Of a stretch of DNA of 64,000 bases, positions 36,550 through 43,258 are shown piece by piece. The position numbers and the translations under genes were made by a program. Source of the stretch: a virus; the IMG/VR virus record IMGVR_UViG_3300049445_000358. One strand, written 5' to 3'. Numbering within the stretch: position 1 is the stretch's first letter; the number at the start of each line of letters is the position of its first letter. Below the pieces are notes generated by a model. That model was not told the DNA's origin and made no database searches. It was given only the letters and a program-made list of their open reading frames with translations.

Positions 36550-36823
36550 CGCCCCGCGTCTGTCGCCGGAGAAGATCGATGCGACAATCGCCGAGACCCA
36601 ATACTACGTCTTCCCCAACACCGTAACGACCGTGTGCTGTCTGACGCTGCAGAACGGTTACACAGTGATCGGGAAATCGGCGCCGGCATCCGAGGACAAC
36701 TTCGACAAGGAGCTCGGCGAGAAGATTGCCTTTGCGAATGCCCGCGAACAGATCTGGGCGCTCGAAGGCTACCTGCTCAAGCAGGAGCTCCACGAGGAGG
36801 CTGAGGGCGAAGCGGAAGCATAG
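36491..36823 (+). CDS. Phage gp49/gp66-family protein
   Basis: TVCCLTLQNGYTVIGKSAPAS..NFD.ELG..IA..NA..QIW.LEGYLLK. Confidence 0.85.
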   Translation: MSTPRDEQGIEDEIQAKGLDAPRLSPEKIDATIAETQYYVFPNTVTTVCCLTLQNGYTVIGKSAPASEDNFDKELGEKIAFANAREQIWALEGYLLKQELHEEAEGEAEA

Positions 36824-36890
36824 CCAAATCCCGCGGAACCCTCCGAAACTACTGTGCTAGGGGACCCCGTTATAGCATGGTCGATCGCGC

Positions 36891-37220
36891 ATGAAAATGA
36901 GGCAATGGTCAGAGGATGGGTACCGCAAGTGCTCGTTCTGCGACAATCAGATCGGGCAGTGCATGGGCATGGTCATGGCGGGGGATTTTGTCCTGGTCAT
37001 GCGTGGACAAATCCACCCACAGCAGATGCGCGAGCGCTGTGGTTCATGCGCTGCCCGACATACCACGGCCAGAGAGGGGGATAGGGGCCCCTTCCCCTTC
37101 TTCTGGGCGTTCCTATACGACGAGTTCTTCAGGAAAGTAAGCTGGCACCTACAGTTACGGCTCAGGAGAGTCAAGCACCCAGTGATGTTTCCCACCGAGG
37201 ATAGCTCGGTGTCTTTTTGA
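36891..37220 (+). CDS. Hypothetical protein with two CxxC motifs
   Basis: CSFCD ... CGSC. Confidence 0.5.
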   Translation: MKMRQWSEDGYRKCSFCDNQIGQCMGMVMAGDFVLVMRGQIHPQQMRERCGSCAARHTTAREGDRGPFPFFWAFLYDEFFRKVSWHLQLRLRRVKHPVMFPTEDSSVSF

Positions 37221-37283
37221 CCGGGGACCGCGCACCTGGCGGGGCCTCTTACTAGGCGATGACCCAAACGGAGACCAAAGAAC

Positions 37284-37502
37284 ATGGCCCAGTGTGAATA
37301 CCACCCAGACAAGGAATGCAGGTTCCTACACTTGTGTCAGGGAGTGGGTTGCTCTCACGAAGGCTTCGAAGTGAGGAAGTATCCTACTCGCAGGTCTCCC
37401 TGGCAATCGGGCTACAAGCCTGAACCGCCTCCGATGCAAAGTTCCGACGGAGGTCGTGCCCTCGGCGGCAAAGAGACTCCGAGCAAACCCAGAAGGGAGT
37501 AA
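37284..37502 (+). CDS. Hypothetical protein
   Basis: GGAG RBS, Cys/His-rich N-terminus. Confidence 0.45.
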   Translation: MAQCEYHPDKECRFLHLCQGVGCSHEGFEVRKYPTRRSPWQSGYKPEPPPMQSSDGGRALGGKETPSKPRRE

Positions 37503-37506
37503 GAAC

Positions 37507-38478
37507 ATGGCATACCAGCTGCCAGTAGCCGAGATCGTGTTAGACTCAGCCCATCCTATGGGCGACGAGTACCGCACGACGACTGTCCGAGGCAACATCC
37601 ACAAGTTCGTCCTAGCCGAGCGCAACCGTCACAGGATGTTCTCGCTCTCCGACCGGTCGAGTCGAGCAATCCCGACCAAGCGTCTCATCGACGAGATCCT
37701 AGGTGGAACAGGTTTGGCGATGCCTGTTGAGTTCCGTCGCAACATTCCAGGCATGGCTGGCGGCGAACCCTTTACCGGTGAAGAGCTTCTACTAGCCCAG
37801 CAGAGATTTGAGGACGACGCTAGGGCTGCATGTGTAGGGGCCCGAACTGCAATGGAGGCGAACGAGGCGAAGGAGACAGTTAACCGCCGCCTCGATCCGT
37901 ACTCTTGGACCTATACGGTGATGACCGCCACTCGAGACTGTTGGCTGAACTTCGCTGGTCTCCGGCTCGACAAGTTTGCCCAGCCCGAGATCCGCGTGTT
38001 CGCCGAGTCCTTCTGGCGCGCCTGGAACGAATCGACCCCCAAGCTTCTCAAACCCGGCCAATGGCATACCCCGTTCGTCGACGGCGAAGACTGGATAAGC
38101 ATCGAAGAGATGGCCTCCAGACCTGGAGAGGGCTACATGCCCGAACACGATACTTTGAATAAGGCGATCAAGCTGTCGGTGGGCCGGTGTGCACATACCT
38201 CCTATGTCGATTTTGAGACTGGGAACAGGATGACAGTTGAGAAGGCAATCGGCCTGTATGACAAGCTGATCACCTTTCGCCCGCTCCATGCCTCGCCCTC
38301 TGAACACCAATGCACTCCGGACGAGCTGGCAAATCCGATCATCACCTACCGAGCAGAGCCTATGTGGATGCACCCCAAGCTCCATGGGAACCTGCCGGGA
38401 TGGATTCAGCACCGGAAGCAGCTGCCTGGTGAACGTGTTGCTCCACTACCCGAGGGCTACGTCTATCGTGCGCATTAG
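37507..38478 (+). CDS. thyX: Flavin-dependent thymidylate synthase
   Basis: RHRMFSLSDRSSR fits RHRx7S; AQPEI; HASPSEH. Confidence 0.85.
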   Translation: MAYQLPVAEIVLDSAHPMGDEYRTTTVRGNIHKFVLAERNRHRMFSLSDRSSRAIPTKRLIDEILGGTGLAMPVEFRRNIPGMAGGEPFTGEELLLAQQRFEDDARAACVGARTAMEANEAKETVNRRLDPYSWTYTVMTATRDCWLNFAGLRLDKFAQPEIRVFAESFWRAWNESTPKLLKPGQWHTPFVDGEDWISIEEMASRPGEGYMPEHDTLNKAIKLSVGRCAHTSYVDFETGNRMTVEKAIGLYDKLITFRPLHASPSEHQCTPDELANPIITYRAEPMWMHPKLHGNLPGWIQHRKQLPGERVAPLPEGYVYRAH

Positions 38479-38483
38479 ATTAG

Positions 38484-38852
38484 ATGCCTAGGAAGCGTAT
38501 CACCACAGTAGGTCAGGATTATACGATCCTGGCTAAGCAGATACCAGACAAGGCGATAGCGAAGGCCTACGGCCTGACTGAACGCCAGATCTGGTCGAGG
38601 CGCTATACTCTTACCTCTCGCAGCAGGGTCGAGCCGAAGAAACCGTCTCCCCTGAAAGGTCGTGAAGAAGAGATCAGGTACCTGCTAAACGTTGAACGAC
38701 TGTATCTATCACAGGCAGCAGACCGACTAGGGGTTTCTCTTGGGACCCTTTCCGGGTATGTTCGAAGGCATAGGCTCCGGCAACAGGCCGTTGTGAGGCG
38801 CTTTGACCATCCTAGGGTTATGGTTACTAGACAACAAGACCAACACAGCTGA
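38484..38852 (+). CDS. Double-HTH regulator-like protein
   Basis: IAKAYGLTERQI and LSQAADRLGVSLGTL. Confidence 0.6.
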   Translation: MPRKRITTVGQDYTILAKQIPDKAIAKAYGLTERQIWSRRYTLTSRSRVEPKKPSPLKGREEEIRYLLNVERLYLSQAADRLGVSLGTLSGYVRRHRLRQQAVVRRFDHPRVMVTRQQDQHS

Positions 38853-38859
38853 GGATAAC

Positions 38860-41800
38860 ATGAAGATCGTTCGCCGATTCACTACTGCAGGGACACCTGT
38901 CGAAGAACAGATTGTCTGGAAGCGGATGGCCTCCCACATCGAAGACATGAGAACTGGGAAGGTCATACACCATCAAGACGACGTTGAAGTCCCGGAGCAG
39001 TGGTCGCAGACGGCGACGAACATGCTATCCCAGAAGTACTTTCGGAAGCGCGGCGTCCCAACAAGGACTATCCGCTTCAACTCTCCTGAAGAATCGGATA
39101 TGCCCGGCTGGATACAGCGTTCAATCCCGGCTATGGATGCCGAGTACATCGGCGAGACCTCTGGGAAGCAGGCCTTTCACCGGTTGGCTGGCTGCTGGAC
39201 GTACTGGGCCTGGAAGATGGGACTCATCAAGGATGGGGTATCAGCCCGGAATTACTATGACGAGATGTACTGGATGCTTGCCATGCAGTACGCTGCACCC
39301 AATTCGCCTCAGTGGTTCAATACCGGACTGCATTGGGCCTATGGCATCGAGGGACCGGATTCCGGTCAGTGGACGGTACTCTGGGACGGGAACATCGCAG
39401 ATGGAGTTACATATCCTTACGTTGACCGAGTATATGATTCATACTCCAGGCCTCAGCCGCACGCATGTTTTATCCAGCCAGTCCAGGATGATCTTGTCAA
39501 TGAAGGCGGCATTATGGACCTATGGGTTCGGGAGGCGCGTCTTTTCAAGCACGGCTCTGGCACCGGTACAAACTTTTCTAGTCTCCGTGGTGAAGGGGAA
39601 GGACTCTCGGGTGGAGGTCGTTCCTCCGGTCTCATGTCCTTTCTACAGATCGGTGATCGAGCGGCTGGTTCAATTAAGTCTGGCGGTACCACTCGAAGAG
39701 CTGCCAAGATGGTCTGTATCGATGTGGACCATCCAGACATCGGAGAGTTCATCGAGTGGAAGTCCGGAGAAGAAAACAAGGCCTCAGACATCGCCGTGGG
39801 GTCGAAAGTCACAGCACGACATCTGAGAGGCATCCACGAGGCAGTTCTGAGATGGGGAACCAGTTCGGTTCTCTATAAGGAGCGTGTAAATGCTGCACGT
39901 GATGATGGCGTCCCTGACTCGATTATCAACCGGGTGCGCTACGCTGCAGAGCGAGACGAGCCGTTCAAATGGGAAGTCTACGAGGCTAACTCTTGGGAGG
40001 GAGTCCCGATCGAGACGGTCTCAGGGCAGAACGCAAACAACTCGATCAGGATCACCTCGAAGTTTCTACAAGCCGTCGACGAAGATAAGCCTTGGGACTT
40101 GATCGCCAGGACTACTGGCAAGCCGATGAAGACCGTATCGGCCAAGGGTCTCTGGGACAAGATCGTTCGAGCTGCCTGGACTACCGCTGACCCAGGTATG
40201 CAGTTCCATGACGTGATCAACGACTGGCACACCTGCAAAGCGGATGGAGACATCAATGCCTCTAATCCATGCTCCGAATACATGTTCCTCGACGATACTG
40301 CTTGCAATCTTGCTTCGCTCAACCTGGTTAAGTTCCGTGGGTCTAATGGTGGTGTGGATGTTAACGCATACATCCACGCCTTGAGGCTGTGGACAGTCAC
40401 TCTGGATATCTCAATCCAGATGGCTTCGTTCCCGTCCCGGAACATTGCACACAACACTATGCAGTATCGGACGCTGGGGTTAGGCTACGCCAATCTCGGC
40501 GGCCTCTTGATGCGTTCAGGCATCCCATACGACTCTGAGGTGGGGCGCAACTTCGCAGCAGCTTTGACCTCTCTAATGACAGCTGTAGCGTACAGCACCT
40601 CCGCAGAGATGGCTGGCGAGATCGGCCCGTTCCCAGCATGGGAGCGCAACAAACACTACATGGCCGTTGTGATGGGCATGCATGCTGCTGCCCTGGACGG
40701 CCTTCAGACGGACGAGTGGTCTGGGCAGTTGCTAGTTGCAGCTCAGCGCTACTGGAGTTTGGTCGTAAATGATGCAGGGACTGTTGGCTTCCGCAATGCA
40801 CAGGGGACGTTGCTAGCCCCAACAGGCACTATCGGACTCCTGATGGACGTCGACACAACAGGCTGCGAACCCGAGACCTCCCTAGTGCGCTACAAGAACT
40901 ACGCCGGAGGCGGCTCGGATAAGTTCGTGTGTCAAGCAGTCGAAGAAGGCCTCATTAAGCTCGGCTACAACGGCGACCATCTGAAGGCCGTTCTCAAGTT
41001 CGTCGAGGAGAACGGGCACCTAGCAGTTGCGACTGAGAATCACGTCGCAGGTATCTGGTCGGAGCACCTCCCAGTCTTCGACTGCGCTCTAGACCGTAAG
41101 GAGACCACCAGATATATTCGGCCGATGGCCCACATCGAGATGCTGGCGGCCATCCAGCCGTTCCTGTCTGGAGCGGCGAGCAAAACGTGCAATCTGCCTG
41201 AGACAGCAACCTACGAAGACGTCGACATGCTTTACCGGGCTGCTGAGCGGTTGAAGTGCAAGGCTGTCGCCCTATACCGAAACAACTGCAAGCTCACCCA
41301 ACCAGTCCAAACCGAGCAGCAGCCGGCCGTCGAGCGCCCAGACGACCAGCCCTTCATCCCTGAGACCGATCTAGTACGTCACACATCCATAGAGGAGCTC
41401 CGAGCAGAGAGGACGCACAGCAACGGCCATGACAAGACGAACGGATCGATGCAGAGGGGCGAGAGGAAGTACCCTCCCAACAGGCGATATGGACCGGCAC
41501 AGAAGGTTCGCATCAACGACCAAGTGATCCATATCCGAACCTCCGAGTACCCTGACGACCACTCGTTCGCTGAAGTGTTCGTCGATATGGGCAAGGACGG
41601 GTCGATGCTGCAGGCGGTCCTAGGTCAGTGGGCTAAGGCTGTCTCACTTGCAAGGCAGTACGGAGCGCCGACTGAGAAGCTCGTTGAGTCGTTCCTGCAT
41701 ACCCGATTCGAGCCTGCTGGGTTCGTTCAGGAGCACGACCACATTAAGTCATGCACCTCCGTCATCGATCTGGTTGCTCGCGAGATCGGCTTTACCTACC

Positions 41801-42048
41801 TCAAGCGTATGGACTTAGTCCAGGTACCCCCTGACACAGACCACGCGATGCACTTCAATCCGGTTGCATTCCAACCACAGCATCAGACAGAACATTCTTC
41901 CCTGATGGGGACTGCTGGAGTTGTAGCGTCGCCAGTTCGGATGGTTGCGTCCGGTAACGCTTGCAGTGTCTGTGGCAACGAGATGGAGTGGGACGGTACC
42001 TGCCTCAGATGTCGCCGTTGCGGCAACAATACCGGTTGCGGGAGTTAG
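38860..42048 (+). CDS. nrdJ: Class II (B12-dependent) ribonucleotide reductase with TSCPD and zinc-ribbon C-terminus
   Basis: PNSPQWFN, QPHACFI, NPCSEY, ACNLASLNL, LAPTGTIG, C-terminal CSVC/CRRC. Confidence 0.95.
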   Translation: MKIVRRFTTAGTPVEEQIVWKRMASHIEDMRTGKVIHHQDDVEVPEQWSQTATNMLSQKYFRKRGVPTRTIRFNSPEESDMPGWIQRSIPAMDAEYIGETSGKQAFHRLAGCWTYWAWKMGLIKDGVSARNYYDEMYWMLAMQYAAPNSPQWFNTGLHWAYGIEGPDSGQWTVLWDGNIADGVTYPYVDRVYDSYSRPQPHACFIQPVQDDLVNEGGIMDLWVREARLFKHGSGTGTNFSSLRGEGEGLSGGGRSSGLMSFLQIGDRAAGSIKSGGTTRRAAKMVCIDVDHPDIGEFIEWKSGEENKASDIAVGSKVTARHLRGIHEAVLRWGTSSVLYKERVNAARDDGVPDSIINRVRYAAERDEPFKWEVYEANSWEGVPIETVSGQNANNSIRITSKFLQAVDEDKPWDLIARTTGKPMKTVSAKGLWDKIVRAAWTTADPGMQFHDVINDWHTCKADGDINASNPCSEYMFLDDTACNLASLNLVKFRGSNGGVDVNAYIHALRLWTVTLDISIQMASFPSRNIAHNTMQYRTLGLGYANLGGLLMRSGIPYDSEVGRNFAAALTSLMTAVAYSTSAEMAGEIGPFPAWERNKHYMAVVMGMHAAALDGLQTDEWSGQLLVAAQRYWSLVVNDAGTVGFRNAQGTLLAPTGTIGLLMDVDTTGCEPETSLVRYKNYAGGGSDKFVCQAVEEGLIKLGYNGDHLKAVLKFVEENGHLAVATENHVAGIWSEHLPVFDCALDRKETTRYIRPMAHIEMLAAIQPFLSGAASKTCNLPETATYEDVDMLYRAAERLKCKAVALYRNNCKLTQPVQTEQQPAVERPDDQPFIPETDLVRHTSIEELRAERTHSNGHDKTNGSMQRGERKYPPNRRYGPAQKVRINDQVIHIRTSEYPDDHSFAEVFVDMGKDGSMLQAVLGQWAKAVSLARQYGAPTEKLVESFLHTRFEPAGFVQEHDHIKSCTSVIDLVAREIGFTYLKRMDLVQVPPDTDHAMHFNPVAFQPQHQTEHSSLMGTAGVVASPVRMVASGNACSVCGNEMEWDGTCLRCRRCGNNTGCGS

Positions 42049-42074
42049 GGTAGGCCCTCCCATTATTTACCCTC

Positions 42075-42104
42075 TTGCAATGACCAAGGCACATATGGTA
42101 TAAT
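42075..42104 (+). promoter_or_regulatory. Promoter P6 of the dpdA-polymerase operon
   Basis: TTGCAA-18-TATAAT with extended -10 TG; upstream CCATTATTTACCCTC resembles the box. Confidence 0.8.
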
Positions 42105-42110
42105 AAGATA

Positions 42111-42410
42111 ATGGCTGATCCAATAGACCTCTGGGCAGTAGACCTCGACAAACCTGTGGAGGTTCTAGCCCGATACTGGAACGAATTTAACTGCTGGAGC
42201 TGGCCTGAAGAGCTGCTCAGCCTCAAGCCTGAAGGGTATGATGATATGCCCCTCAGTGAGAGGCACATCATCATTAGGCCCGCAATGCATGCGATCAGCG
42301 ATAAGGTACCTGAGAAAGAATTGCTCCGGTACCACCATCTGCACAATCTATCGAGAACCGAGACCGAGTTTGAAGCTTGGTGGGCTAAGTCTGAGGCAGG
42401 AGACATCTAA
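42111..42410 (+). CDS. Hypothetical protein
   Basis: Starts 6 nt after the -10 element (possibly leaderless); TAATG-coupled to the next gene. Confidence 0.65.
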   Translation: MADPIDLWAVDLDKPVEVLARYWNEFNCWSWPEELLSLKPEGYDDMPLSERHIIIRPAMHAISDKVPEKELLRYHHLHNLSRTETEFEAWWAKSEAGDI

Positions 42411-43258
42411 TGGCTTTGTTTGCACCTATTGGTCCTGCTCGCCTCCTGAGGAAGATTCGTGAGCTACATGGCGACAGGATGTTAGGGAAGTACCACTTGG
42501 TGCTTGCCCATGATATCGTCGCCAACCCGGATGAGTGGAGAAACTGCCGCACACTCCCTCCAGACTCGACTGTCATCATCGACAATTCGATCATCGAGCT
42601 CGGAGCTCCCGTCGATGTGGATACGATGGTAGAAGCCTATGGGATTCTTGGCCCTGACTACCAGTGTATCATCGTACTGCCGGATAAGTTCGACGATCCG
42701 GTTGTTACCCTAGAGCAGTCGGCTGACTACCTCGAGAAGTTGAAGTCCAGGCCGGAGCTCGGCGGTGTCGAGTACATGTACGTCGTCCAGGGCGATAGGT
42801 TGTCGGACTTCTCAGAGTCGTTTCTCTGGTCCAGCCTGGATCACATCGTTGATCGGGGAGCTCGATGGATCTCAGTACCTCGGCGAGTATGTGACAAGTT
42901 CGGCACAAGGATGGTAGGGCTCTATCCTCTGTTGAACTACAGGCTCAGAAGGCCGATAATCGACATTCATCTGTTGGGGTTCAGCGAGAACGTCCTCGAC
43001 GATGCCTGGTGTACAGCCTGTCCAGGAGTTACGGGGATTGATTCGGCAGTACCTGTTCGACTCGGCCAAGCAGGTCGCTCGATCGACTTACTACACAAAG
43101 GAGATCAAGCAGGGCCAAGAGGGACCTTCTGGGAGGACCCCCATGGCCACCTGAACCTCATGGTCGGCGAGAACCTCCTAGCTGTCAGAGTCTGGTTCGA
43201 AGCTGCACATAAGAACCTTCCCAGATATATCCCCGAAATCAAGGAGGAGTGGCTGTAA
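42410..43258 (+). CDS. dpdA: TGT-fold DpdA-like 7-deazaguanine DNA transglycosylase
   Basis: TGT-ordered motifs IIDNS, VLPD, VVQG, IHLLG, GIDS; no C-terminal CxCxxC zinc site. Confidence 0.72.
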   Translation: MALFAPIGPARLLRKIRELHGDRMLGKYHLVLAHDIVANPDEWRNCRTLPPDSTVIIDNSIIELGAPVDVDTMVEAYGILGPDYQCIIVLPDKFDDPVVTLEQSADYLEKLKSRPELGGVEYMYVVQGDRLSDFSESFLWSSLDHIVDRGARWISVPRRVCDKFGTRMVGLYPLLNYRLRRPIIDIHLLGFSENVLDDAWCTACPGVTGIDSAVPVRLGQAGRSIDLLHKGDQAGPRGTFWEDPHGHLNLMVGENLLAVRVWFEAAHKNLPRYIPEIKEEWL

